Assembly: GCA_022813965.1 (NCBI GenBank)
Contig: JALDZS010000110.1
Location: 1-64,000 of the forward strand
Length of the DNA stretch: 64,000 nt
DNA from: Toensbergia leucococca
Lineage: Eukaryota
Direction of reading: 5' to 3'
Each line of letters starts with the position of its first letter. The stretch's first letter is position 1. A program made the position numbers and the translations under genes. The notes under the pieces were generated by a model. That model saw only the letters and a program-made list of their open reading frames with translations, did no database searches and had not been told where the DNA came from. Positions 23,274-36,299 of this stretch are shown here, in pieces.

Positions 23274-25538
23274 ATGTTTCAAGACAAAAGTCTGGTCAGT
23301 CGCGGCAAAGATTTAGATTTTCCGCCTAAAAGTCAGCTCAGCTGCGAATTGTGCCAACGAAGAAAATCAAAATGTGACAAAGGCGACCCCTGTTCTACTT
23401 GTCAACGTGCTGGAGTCAAGTGCAATGTCATCAGGCGTCAGCGACTGCCGAGAGGACGAAATGGTGCTCAAGGAAAAGCCAATATGGATTTGAAATCACG
23501 CATTAACCGGCTGGAAAGCCTGGTGGCTAGCTTGGGGACCAATGCGAGTCCAGATGAGCCATCCTTTGGGGACGTCTCTGCCCAAGCAGCCCGTGAAATA
23601 AGACCGGCAGGAGACATGAGTCAGTACATCGGAAGTTCCTTCTGGTCCACTCTCAACAGTGAGGTGAGTATTGTCCATGTATTTCTTTTCGGTCCAGCTA
23701 AATTTATTCTTGGTATACAGGTGAAAGGCTTGCATCAAGTTTTAGATTTCTCGTCTGATAGCGAATCCGATTCTCCAGAGCACGGCCAGAGGGTAGAGTT
23801 TAAAGCTGATCTGACGGGCTTCAACTTCTTACTTTGTGCTCCCAACTCCTTCAAGGTGACACCAGACGCTCTGCAGCACCCTTCGGGTCCTATGATTGAT
23901 GTAGTTCGTGCCATTTTTATACAGAATGTCGATCCCATTTTCAAGATCTTGCATGGTCCCTCAATCTTGCTGTTTACGCAGGAGGGAAGACAGACCATGG
24001 ACCATCGCTCTAGAGATGCCGCAGTCGAGGCACTTAGCTTTGCGATTTACTACTCTGCAGTTAATACGCAGGACGAGCACGCCTGCCAGCTCAAGTTTGG
24101 CATAGATAAGACTGCGTTGCTCAACAGATATAGATTTGCTTGTGAAGTGTGGCTAGCACGGGCGGATTTTGTAAACACAGTAGACATTAGAACACTCCAA
24201 GCCTTTACAATATTCCTTGTGAGTTTTGTCCTTTGCCTCTGTGCATTTTCCCACTATCTCTAAAGTCAGACCGTTCTGATACAACCGAACGTAATCAAGG
24301 CTTCTGTCCGATCTGGTGATAATAGCCGCTGGACGTGGACTCTAACTGGATTGGCCGTTAGAATTGCGCATGCTATGGGGCTACATACGGAGACGGCCAA
24401 TAAGTCACTGGGCCCTTTTCAAAAAGAGATGCGCCGACGTCTGTGGCATCAAATCGGTGTACTAGACTTACAAGCTTCTAAAGATCGAGCAACGGATCCA
24501 CTCGTCGCTGAAGGTTCCTTCAATACGAAATTGCCCTCGAACGTCAACGACTCGGACCTTTACTTAGCATCTCAACTCTCGTTACGGGAAGAAGAAGGCT
24601 TTACTGACATGACGTTCTGTCTAATGTGTCACGAGTCATTGTCGTACGTGAGACAGCTGAATTTTGTGCCGTGTAATGAGAACGGACGGCAACCATTCGA
24701 GATGGAGCAAAATTGGGAGAAGAGGCAGGGACTGGCATTCACATTCAAGGATTGTATTCAGAAAAGGTACCTGCGGCATTGTAACGTCGATGAACCCTTC
24801 CATTGGTTCACCAAATCCGTCGGTGAAATCATGAGTTCCTCGATGTTCTTGCTTGCCGTCAGACCTATCCAACGTCATCCCGAGGTCGAAGCACCTCGTG
24901 TGCATCGCTCAACTATTCTCAGCCTCTCTATCCAAGTGTTGGAAAATGCGCAGATGGTATACACAGACCCACGGGCGAAGCCTTGGTCATGGTTTGTCTG
25001 GATTGAATGGCACCCTCTCGCTGTTGCTATAGCCGAACTTTGTTCTCAAACCGAAGGCAACCTTATAGACAGGGCCTGGGATGTGGTCAAGGTAGCATAC
25101 AAGCACTACGCCGACATGGTAGCGGACTCTAAAAGTGGCATGCTTTGGCGTCCGATGGCAAAGCTTATGAAGAAGGCTCAGACGAAAAGGGTTGAAATTC
25201 TGACGAGGTGGTCGAATGTGCAGCCTCAGGAAAGGACCGAGGCAGCGTCGCTGCTCTTGGAAAACGAAGCGCTCTCTGCGTATCCTCGAATTCCACCTCT
25301 AACGACCGAGCATCCTAAGCAAGGCCAGTCAGCAAATTTCAATGTCCCTCATAACCTTCAATCAAGTGTAATTGCTCAGCCAAATGATTGGAACACAGGC
25401 CCTTTCGCTTTCGATTCAAATGACTCAAGCGACACTAAATGGTTGAATGACTTGCCAGATCCGACTTGGACGGAGTGGGAGACTTTCCTGGAAGACATTA
25501 CAGACTCGGCTGTGCCAGACCCTTTCATGGACTTATAA
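23274..25538 (+). CDS. Zn(II)2Cys6 transcription factor with fungal-specific TF (middle homology) domain
   Basis: SCELCQRRKSKCDKGDPCSTCQRAGVKC binuclear cluster; NVDPIFKILHGPS; AVRIAHAMGLH...EMRRRLWHQI; two introns. Confidence 0.92.
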
Positions 25539-26513
25539 AAGATGATACCAAGATGAACGAGACAAACTCTCCTATCCTCAGATAAGCACTTCCAACTACG
25601 AAAAGGGGAAGTGAAAGCCCGTGATTATGGGCTGCAACCCTTTAGTCTCAGCCACATGTCGCTAGATACCATTCCTTCCGCTATCTTGGAATTATCTTCT
25701 TCGCTCAACCCTCCACCTCCCAATTATCCTCGAGTTCCTCGCTGGCGAAGTACCAATATTAAAATGCCTCACCAACAATCTATAACCTTTACTACCGGTC
25801 TAGCACGCCAGCATGTGTACTTCTCTTTAATTTTAGTTTCGTTATCAAGCGGGTAAGCCACTCAACGGAACGAAGATGTCGGTTGCTTGTACTAATGGAT
25901 AAAATGGTACCATTGTTGAGTCATCTAAGGAGGCTACTCCATCCTAGAATAGGGGTCTGGTGGGTTGCATGCCGAAGACTACGGCGCCGATGTCATGACA
26001 TGACAGATTGATCACAAGGTTGACGTCTATTCCGACACCACGGTACGAAGCGAATTCCAGTTGCAGTGACTGCTGCAAGTCTGACGTGAGATAACAGGTC
26101 TATTACATCTGATTGGCCACGGTCCAAGGGTTGTGCTTACGTCTAAACCCAATCGGGTGAACAACTCACACTTACCTTACCTGAAACGGCACATGGTAGC
26201 AGACTATGCCGCTTTGGTCCTGGCAGTAGCCGAATGTGGACCTCGAGAAGGATGAATTCGGAGCAGCAACACTGGATTGGGATTTAGAGTCCCAGCGCAT
26301 GCGACGTTCTAGAATTTTTCCACTTATATTTTCGCTGCCGTGTGATGCTTAAGTCGAACACTTCCTCTTGTTAAACCCCGATGGTTCTCTTTGTGATCAA
26401 AAATTGACAGGATCAATCAAAAACTTCCTCCTTGATCCATCGATCCATCGATCCAATAAATTCACTTTCAAACACCCCGTCTCTACCAGGAGGCGCAACC
26501 CCACCGCAAAACC

Positions 26514-26948
26514 ATGTCTCCCTCCCAGCAACGCCTCACAGCCGACAAACTCGTCGTCGCCTTCAACAATATGGACATCCCCACCATCCTCTCCCTCCGC
26601 AGCCCCGACTGCATGCGCCAAATCCTGCCCCAATCCCTCAAATACGGGCCCACGGACAACACCTCGTACGCCAAACAACTCAGCTACCTCCTCCCCGCCT
26701 TCCGCAACTTCAACCTCACCGTCAACGAAGTCCTCGAGGATGCCTCGGCCCGTCGCATATGTATGTGGTTGAGTGCGCGGGCGGACACGGCGGCGGGCGA
26801 ATATGTGAATGAGTATATGTGGACGCTGGATTTTGATGAGGGGGGCAAGAAAATATTGATGCAGAAGGAGTTTGTGGATACGGTTGTCAACAAGGAGTTT
26901 TATCCGAAGTTGCAGGCGGCGCTGAAGCGGTTGGCGGCTGGTGGTTGA
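26514..26948 (+). CDS. SnoaL/NTF2-like fold protein
   Basis: 144-aa intronless ORF with R.PDC.R.ILP.SL, GEYVNEYMWTLDFDE.G.KI...KEFVDT, typical of fungal SnoaL-like tailoring proteins. Confidence 0.8.
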   Translation: MSPSQQRLTADKLVVAFNNMDIPTILSLRSPDCMRQILPQSLKYGPTDNTSYAKQLSYLLPAFRNFNLTVNEVLEDASARRICMWLSARADTAAGEYVNEYMWTLDFDEGGKKILMQKEFVDTVVNKEFYPKLQAALKRLAAGG

Positions 26949-27235
26949 CCTGATGTTTTATGGATCGCTTGCTTTCATGAATTTTATGAGAATCACGATC
27001 GAGGGTTTTTTGGGGAGTCTAAGATCATCGCTCTTGTCGTGATATTTTTTTTGTCTTCTTCGGGGTATATTCCTGGTCCCCCTTCGCTACGCTGATGCCG
27101 CTTGCTCCTCCTCCAACCATCTTCTCCCAACTCCCCTTCCCCCAACTTTCACACATTGAAATACGAAATTGCCTCTCGACCAGTGTCCTCTGAGAGCCCT
27201 TACCGTGCACCAGGTAGGCTTCAGCTTCAGATATA

Positions 27236-27800
27236 TTAAAATCAAGATTCCCATCATATCAGTGCTAGAATCTGCAAAGAAGTCAATTTAAACCCTTCTT
27301 TGCACTCAATACCAAATTTTGAGCCTCCTTGTTACGCGTTCTTCAAATTGAAAATTCTCACCCTACAAAGACTTAAGTCTAAATCTCTTTTTGAATTTCT
27401 AGTCTGCTCAATCAAGTGATCTGTTAATCAATTCATTGCATCTCATCTCACTTTATCAGTTCTCAATCAAGTCATGCACATCATTTTTAAAGAGCTCTCC
27501 ATATACTGACATGTTATTTCAATACTTTGAACTTTCTTATTCCTTCACGCAATTTCTTAACTCTACTACTCAGATGTCAGTTATCAGACAGAGAGATATC
27601 ACTTTAATTGTGAGCTGATATTTTGCATCTCTGTTGTTTGTTGTACAAATTTTTTTATTTTTGATAGAGTTACATTTAAAAAAAACCAGAGATGATCTTT
27701 CCCTTTCACAACCCTTCTCACAATAAGAGTAATCAATCTTCAAAAACACCTTCTGATATAGTCAATTCTCAGCGTCTGACTAAAATCACATGATTCAAGA
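27236..27800. mobile_element. AT-rich RIP-like transposon relic
   Basis: Abrupt drop in GC with CpG depletion between two GC-normal genes; no intact ORF. Confidence 0.4.
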
Positions 27801-27840
27801 ACAGTCCCTAGGTTCCAAGGATAGGACCTGCATCGGAATC

Positions 27841-29299
27841 TTATGGTGTCCCTCCATTGCCATCATTAGTACCGTTGCCGACGTTACCCAGGAAGACGAC
27901 GAGAACGGCACAATATCTATTCCCTCTTGAAGTAAGCGACACTCCTAATTCCTAAAAACAATGCCGTTGAGTAGAAACACAACACTCACGCAGCTGAAGC
28001 CCCCAAGATCTCGTGTCTCCTGGCCCTCGTAAAGAGTGACAGAATGGCCGAGAAGGTCAGAGTGAAGACAAGTAAGACACCAATGTGCAGAGCTACATTC
28101 CTTTGCTCCCCGATGTTATCGCTGAGATTGTACAAGATGTAAATCGGTATTATCAACAAAGCCAAGATGACAAGAGTGATGATGGAGACGACGAAACGGT
28201 CAATGCGCTGGCGGGTGTAGTAGACTCCCTCGCCTGTCGATTTCTCTTTGGTTTCCGAGGAACAAAAGATCCACTTTTGAAGGTGATTGTTGCAGTTAAC
28301 ATATAGCTTCTCATAAGGGTTAGAAGACGAAGGAGATGACGTACTTCGACGAATTGACAGTTGATGGTTCTGAGGAGTCTCTCTATGAAAGCATCAAGCC
28401 AGGCATGCTCACGGCCCGGTCTTAGGGTGATCATATCCTCTTTACGATAAATATATGAAGCTTCCTCTTCGACCAGTGGCTGCTGGCCGTGAATATAACG
28501 TTCCACACTGACGTAGTCGGCTTCAGCCGGCTTGTTGAAAGCCATTAATTGTTGGGCGGCGCAGAGGACCTTGGCTGAAATGATTCAGCTTTGACATTCT
28601 CAGCTCGATGGAAGATTTGAAAAGGGTTACCATATTCGCAGAACTTGGCTTCGATCTTTTGCAGCAACTTTCTCCTCCGTTGTATTTTCTCTTCATTAAG
28701 ATCTCGGGTTCTGAGGGAGTTCGGATCTCGCCTTTGAGTGAACATGTCTTGTCTGTCGAGCTCCTTTTCCAGGAGCCGTAATTCGTCTTGCTTCTCGAGT
28801 AAGACGCGGGCTTGCAGGAAGCCGAAGCGACGATATAGCATGAAGTTTTCGTCGCTGTCGACAAAGGCGGCGAGGTTGGGGTACCCTTCTGGGCATGCCT
28901 CTACTGCTTGTCGTCAGTACGCCTCTTTTTCATCTATGCTTATCTGAACCTGAGATGACATTGTTGACTTACGTTTCCTCACAACGGGCTTCCGGCACCA
29001 TTCAGTAGAAGAATGAACAGGTTGCAAGGCATACAACAATCGTTTCAATATGCTGACGATCTGAAGGAGTTGACATGATACCGCTACTCATGTCCTATTA
29101 GTTGCAGCAGAGTGGTCATTTTCTTGAACATGTTACCCATCCAGGCTTTCTTGCGTAATGATAGGCCTTGTGCTTTGGTGCCAGAAGACGTGGCGGGTGA
29201 CTTCTTGGTCGGGGAGATGTTGATGGCCAGGCCAGCTTCACCCTTTTCCATTGCAGTAGCATGCCTGTCTGCTTCTACCTCTGCTGCTGGACCAGACAT
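27841..29299 (-). CDS. DUF6594-family membrane protein (about 3 C-terminal hydrophobic helices), multi-exon
   Basis: EGYPNLAAFVDSDENFMLYRRFGFLQARVLLEKQDELRLLEKELD, EDMITL, then hydrophobic segments ending TRARRHEILGASAAYCAVLVVFLGN. Confidence 0.8.
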
Positions 29300-30621
29300 T
29301 CTTTGTATTCATCGAAAACAATCGAATCCGAGTTACAAGCCTTGAGACACAATAAAGTGTCCAAGGCGACCAAGATTCGCTCGGCATTTATATACGAAAG
29401 AGAAAGTGCAAGGGAGCCTTATACATCCAAGCAGCTACGCCGCAATCGCCTGATTTCGGTCTCCTAAGAATTGCAAACACGAGAGATTGCTCCTTGTTGC
29501 AAGGCTCTACTCCCCCCCGTTGCTTCTAGACAAGCTTGTTTCCGCGACATACTGGCCATTATTGTAAATTTCGCCTTCGCTATTTTTCAATTGGTACGTC
29601 CATTTTCCCTGGCCATCCTTTCGCATCTCAAGAACTTCCATTTTGAAGGAACCACTCTCTGCATCTGTCTGCAGCCAGACGGTTTCTGTTTTCTCGAACT
29701 TGGCAGTAAGCTATAGCGCGTTAGTTTGAAATCAAGCCAAGGGGAAGACTTTGTTCCTACAGATCTTGGTCTACTGGATTCGGGGACATATGCACGCCCG
29801 TCGGACGCGTTGGCCGACTAAGGTGGATTGCTGTCAGTCTATGGTAATGCAAGTGCGGGTGGAGGGCTCATGTATTACTAATTCTTGGTCCGCCATGCTA
29901 TTGGTCCTCAGCCAAGATCGGTGGGTCGCACGCAAGACCTGAGGCAAAGATACAGAGCTAAATTCTAGGCAAACAGTCAAAGTCATGCCTTGGATAACGC
30001 CCGAGGCCTGATAGACTAACCTTCAAGGTCGTGCTTGGCTGTAGCGGCCCGAACAAGGTCGTATCACAATGCTTTCCCCTTTCTTCTTTCTTATTTTTTC
30101 TGGGTGCACTGGACCAAGGCTTTAAGGCCACGCTCAGCCTTCTTCCTCTTGATGTCTTTTCCACTGAGGCTCAAAGTACCAACGAGCATGTGCAAGGATT
30201 GGACCAATCCCGCTTATCGTGATAGGAAAGCATATACCAATCATAGCTATGTGCAACCACACTGGCTAGATAACAGTCTTCCCCGGCGCGGGGAACTCCA
30301 GACACAAAGAAAGTCCCAATTTTGAATCCTTCAAGACCAAAACATGCAAAGACCATTGACGCCGCCCTTAGATGGGAAATATTATCATCCCGTTGTTTTT
30401 CTGCGCCATGAATTCAATGATTGGGTACATCTATCATTCCAAATTGAATAAGCCAGGAAAACCTACCAATAAAATTGGAAATTAGTCGAGCCAAAGTCCA
30501 CATCGAAAAAATACAGAAAGGGGGGTCGCATACTTGGAATATATTAGGACCTACTGATTAGTGAAGTTCACTTTGCCCGCAAGGGAACTCATTCATTCCT
30601 GGGATGAATCTGTCACAAGTA

Positions 30622-32129
30622 TCAGAAAAGACTCGACATCAAAGTCAATCGACTCACCATGTCCTTGAGACTCAAAGCGAATCCTGAAAACGCAACCAAT
30701 ATGCTGGCAAAAACCATGAGGATATGGAATCTGATTCCCGTCCTTTTAACGCTTGGTCCTTGACAAATATGCATATCCATGCACTCCTTGGGGCTAGAGA
30801 CAAGAGATGGATTGAGATCTGAACTCAGACAAGAACTTAGACAAGAACTTAGATCCGTCATAGGTTTGGGAACTATGATTGAGGTATTTTCCAGCTTTTT
30901 CCTCCTCGTGTGCTGCTTCCACCAATTAACAACATCCGAGGGAGAGACTGAGCTCCTAGAATATTGGCCCAGCAAAGTGACTCGACGAGCATCAAATTCT
31001 TGGCTTCTTATAGCATCACTCAAGAACTTAGACATGCTCTTGACCCACACATCATTGGGACGAGTTTTTAGCAGTACTCGGAGGTCCAGATACTCTGTAC
31101 TAATTTCTGACCCACTTTCTGGAGAGGCCTCGGGTCCGGGGTTGTGAGCATTTCCATCTGGACTTAAAGGCGCAATGACGATGTGCTTGAGGGACGCCCC
31201 GCTGCGTTCGCTGAGTACGGGGATCTGTTTCAGTGGGAATTCTGGGTATTCTATGATTTTTCGCCGCAGCTCCGAGGTAGTAAATCCGCGCGGATCGTAA
31301 GAGAGTTCGTCTAGGGCCCAGATGAGACCGGAGGTGAAGGAGCTATCTCCAGGAACCGCTGTCGTGGAGTTTGCACTGGTTGCCCCGAGGAATTCAAAGC
31401 AACGGGTGGACCAACGAGATTGGCTGAAGCTGCGTGCTAGATTCCCCGCGTGGCAACAGTCAAAAATCACAAGGACATCAGCTTGGGTGGTATCAATGAT
31501 CCCCTCCGCAGTGTGCCAGACAATCTCGTTATTCCTATTATCCACCTCGGTTTTCCCTGGAACACGGCGCCTGGTGAGAAGTGTCAGTAACAGTGATTAT
31601 AAGCATAACCCTTGTCCTGAAGAACAGATCTCGACATACCCTGCGAGTCTCATCTGACCGGGTTTGCCACCTGGAACCCCATGCCCGGCGTAGTACACGA
31701 TCAAAAGAGTGCGATCACCATCCTCCTCGAACACAAAATCTGCAAGATATTTATGAAGTTGAGCTTGCGGTAGCTTCCCATCTTCGCCATTGATCGGCGT
31801 CTTTTTTACCTTGAATCGGTACTTTTCTATGAGAACTTTCTCCAACCGATTTACCTGGAAGCGATTGAGCAAGCTGGACAATAACATGGGAGGAATGAGT
31901 ATACCTCATCTACTGTATGCAGGTCATCCAACTTTTCATCCCAGTGTATCAACATCACTGATATGCTTTGATGCGGCGAGGTTTTGTCGACGTCTATCAT
32001 TTGTTCATCCCAAAGCATCTGAAGGCGATTCTGGCCCGACGGCTCCGAATCCTGGAAGTCTTCTCTTCCTGACATAGTCTCGGAGGTCTTCCTCACTGGA
32101 GCGCGAGATGGCGTGCATGTTTCCGCCAT
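30622..32129 (-). CDS. Caspase-like (peptidase C14-fold) protein with a C-terminal hydrophobic segment, 3 exons
   Basis: VMLIHW, LLIVYYAGHG (catalytic His), DVLVIFDCCHAG (catalytic Cys), FEFLGAT and SFTSGL; C-terminal FHILMVFASILVAFSGFAL. Confidence 0.75.
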
Positions 32130-33880
32130 ACAGTGATTTGGTCAAATCGTGTCAAAGAGTGCGAGTGTTTAGCAGGCATAGGTCAATCCTCGGGGAAACG
32201 AGTTGTTAAATGAAAGCTCGCGGTAATGTGGATTTGATGTTTTGGACGAGGCTCGAGGTCGCCAGGCAGACATCATTGACCCCATTGATCACTGCACCGC
32301 CTCTACACATGTCGGCGCTACCCATGCGCTAAGCCCATAATTCGCCCTGCTAGCTAGAGGTTTTTTCTTGAGCGCAATATAACGTATTCGTTTGAATTTG
32401 CAAGATTGTGGTTGCAGGGCGAGTAGTGTAAAGTATAAGTACTCAGCCCTGATACTTTTAGGCAACTGAGGCTTGGGAGAGACATCTGCGGTGGAAAAGA
32501 TCCTTGCTATCCATGCTGGTGCCAGTGTTTGCGTTGTTTTCCTCCCATTTGACCCGGACCAATGCCACACAACAGGTGTGTACGATTAGGAATGGTTGGA
32601 CGGGCGGTGCGCCAGTGCAGCTGACTTGACCCCTAAATGCCTTTCTCTGGCCTTGTTCACTTAGCACACTATTACATGCTGTGGAACAGTTAAGTACCTA
32701 GGGGGACCAAAGAGAACGGGCTAGCTACGGACAGCCAGCCCTCGATGATGAGCCGCATCTAAGGCTGGAGACACATGGCATGATGACCAGGAGGTAGTCT
32801 CGAGTCGTGCGATAGACCCAATTGAGCTGATATACATCGACAATCAAGCAAGGTGTGAGAAGATTGTGGTGGATCGAACAGGGAGCAGGGAGCCTAGCTG
32901 CTAGGTAGCAATTAAGATCTAGGGCTTCGCTAGATTAGGGTATTCTAGAACCTAATTAAATTCTCGATTTGTAGAATGATCTCGCTAGACTGTCCAATTA
33001 GAATATTCTATTCTAGAGTAGATCAAATCGAGGACTCCCCCACCCTTTTTTGTAATTGTTTTTCCTCGTCTCTCTTCCCTCTTCTCTCTTTATTATTCCT
33101 TCTTCTGAATTGATCCTACCTTATTTGCTGCATTATATTCAATGAAACTCTTTGCTTTTCAATTCCTTTAAACCTGCCAAGATTGCAATGCCTGTAACAT
33201 GTTGCATGTGATGGTTCGAGAGCGCGAGAGAAAGATGAAGAAATCCGACTTCTGCACCACGTAGGCCTTGCTTCAGACATGCCCTCTTAGCTCTCCAAGC
33301 ACATCTTCCCTGGATGAGCTCCGCAAGGCACGAAGACGACGTCAACTGTCGCATCACCAGCTCAACTATGACGTTCCAGTAGATGCAGCAGCGATGAAAA
33401 AACGATGGCCTGGATTCAATCCAGGTAGCATTTTGAGATTGGAAGTCTGATGTGACCAATCCTTTACGCGTGACTACTTTGGAGATCTGATATATACAGC
33501 GACCATCAGTCACTCAAATGAGGAATGGAGCTCCTCTGACTATATTGCTATCTAGTGCTCCGGCTCCTTCGCTCACTGTTACGCACTATCCGGGGTGCAG
33601 TTGCATTGACAGAAGACATTGATCAAAGAAGAAGCAATTCATTGTCCTTGACCCCTCGGCTTCCTGTTTTCTCTACTCTTTACTATTGGCCTGAAGAGCC
33701 TTGTATGATCAGGGCTCTTGGTTGTTGAATTAGTTGATCATCTATCAACGACGTTGCACACGACCTTGAATAGTGTGCACGTAATTTGAAGTTGACGCTT
33801 TTACATGCCCTCTAATACAATGTTACCCCTTGAAAAGAGAAGAGTTTTGTCAACGCAGAAGTTCTCTTTTCAACCTCATT

Positions 33881-35900
33881 ATGCTTTTATTATGTCTCTT
33901 TGCCATTCTCTCACCCTCTATGCAACTCAGCATCCGAAACACTTCAAAAAGCAGTCAAGATCCAGCATGTCGTTGTATGCCTGGTGATAATTGCTGGCCG
34001 TCCACAACCGCATGGGCGACACTAAATTCTTCCATTGAGGGAAGATTGGTTGCTACAACCCCAATAGGTACACCGTGCCATCTGCCCGTCTATAACGACA
34101 CGGAGTGTCAGTGCCTGCAATCAGTATGGACGGAACCTGTAACACAGTATGAAGACATCTACGTTCAATGTACCCAGAACTGAATTCTCCAGTTACATGA
34201 CATCTTCATCCATCATGGCGCCATTCTTCGCAAATAGAAGCTGCGACGCTTTTACCCCCGAGGATGTACCGTGTACCCTAGGAAACTATGTTGACTTTGC
34301 GATTGATATCTTGAAGCCCGAAGACATCTCCAAGGGAATTCTATTTGCCAAGTCGAATAATATACGCTTTGTCATCAGAAATACGGGTCACGAGTAGGTC
34401 ATCCTATCCGAATATTAGGTGGGCTCTCGCTCTATTCCCTCGCAGAGACTAATCATTAACTCCGGGCTACTCGGTTAGCTATCTGGGCAAAAGCACTGGT
34501 CGTGGCTCCTTGGCAGTATGGACCCATCAATCAAACTCCATTGACTTCCTCGAGTATAGCAGTCCAGAATATACAGGCCCGGCTATCAAGATGGGAGCAG
34601 GCGTACAAGCCTCCGAAGTATATGCTGCGGCTGACGCAAAAAGTCTTGTTGTCGTTGGAGGAGATTGCCCTACGGTCGGTCTTGCCGGGGGTTTCACGCA
34701 AGGAGGAGGGCATAGCCCACTGAGCTCCACATACGGGATGGGAGCAGACCAGACCTTGGAATGGGAAGTCGTCGATGGCTCAGGCCAACTACTTCGAGCG
34801 AGCAAGACGGAAAACGCGGACATCTACTGGGCTTTGAGTGGTGGAGGCGGTGGGACGTATGGGGTAGTATATTCACTAATTTCCAAAGCCCATAAAGATG
34901 GTCCTGTTACCGGTGCGACTTTGAATTATACTACGGCCGGGATTTCTTCGGATACCTACTGGGATTCGATCCAATTCTTCCACAGCTTACTCACAAATCT
35001 GACAGGTGCTGGCGGCGCCTCCGCGCACCATATCACTGATACCGCCTTCTCCATTGAGCCCCTTACATTCCCTGGATTATCTGTTGCACAAGTTACAGCT
35101 CTGCTAAAGCCATATACGGATTATCTGAAGCATCTCGATGTCGTATACAATATGACGATTACGGAATATCCTGGGTTTCTATCAGAATACAATGCCCTGT
35201 TCCCTCCTGTCCCAGTGGAGAAATACCAATTTGGTGGTGCGTTGATTCAAAATCTCTCATGATACTTGAAGAATTTCACTCTAAGTCTTGGACAGGTCGA
35301 TTGATCCCTCGGGCGGTCGTCGCGAACAACAACAGCGCGCTGACAGCTGCATTCCGAAACCTGGTTGAAGACGGAGTTCTTGTTATTGTTTTCGGAATGG
35401 ACGTTTCCAGCGCGGTCACCGGTGAGACATTCAACGCAGTACTCCCAGCATGGAGGGACAATGTACTAGATATTCAGCTGTTGTCGTAAGAGAAGTTCCT
35501 CTTGACATTTCTGGAAGTGTATTGACTTGGTTGTTTTCAAGGACCTGGAACGAGACAGCGCCATGGTCTGATATGATCGCCCTCCAAAACAAGATGACAT
35601 ATGACTAGATCCCGCAACTGACGGCATTGACTCCCGGTTCAGGATGTTATCTCAGCGAGGTCGGTATCTCTCTTTTTTTTATCACCCAACATACTCTCGA
35701 TCAATTGAAGATTCTCTAACCCATCCCTCAAGGCCGATTTCCACCAACCCGACTGGCAATACATTTTTTACGGCGACAACTACGACCAACTCCGCTCCAT
35801 CAAAGCTAAATACGACCCCGATAATCTGTTCTACGCCACTACAGCTGTGGGTAGCGAAGACTGGGAGGTGGCATCCGACGGTCGACTCTGCCCTGCATAA
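33881..35900 (+). pseudogene. Secreted FAD-linked oxidoreductase (berberine bridge enzyme-like) with an in-frame TAG
   Basis: Signal peptide, CRCMPGDNCWP, IRNTGH-YLGKSTG, GGGHSPLSS.YG.GADQ, WALSGGGGGTYGV and C-terminal YG.NY..L..IK.KYDP..LFY. TAG at 35606-35608 lies in the penultimate exon. Confidence 0.75.
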
Positions 35901-36299
35901 AGCGCTTTTCAAGAAAAAACCGCGTTTATTGTCACGAGTGTGAATGAAGGTGGTATTTATGACAATGTGAAAAAGAAGGGATGGTGATTGAAAATGTTGA
36001 GATAGACACTGTTCATAGGTAGCTTCACTGAGATGGGTTGAACAAGGGGAAATGAAAGGAAGGAAGAGAAAGAGGTAGAAAGAGGGTAGGGAATCTGATA
36101 TCAAAGTGTTGAAACCCATGCAGTGACCAAGGTGGAATGAGATCAATGAGGTCTTTCTCTTTTGTTATTCAAGTAACTAGATGGAATCATGAAAACATGC
36201 CATTCAAAGACCAATAATGATACAAGTATCACACACATTCAGAAACCCAAACCACCCAAGGCCCCAGTCACCAACCAAACCCATTAAACTCCCCATCCC

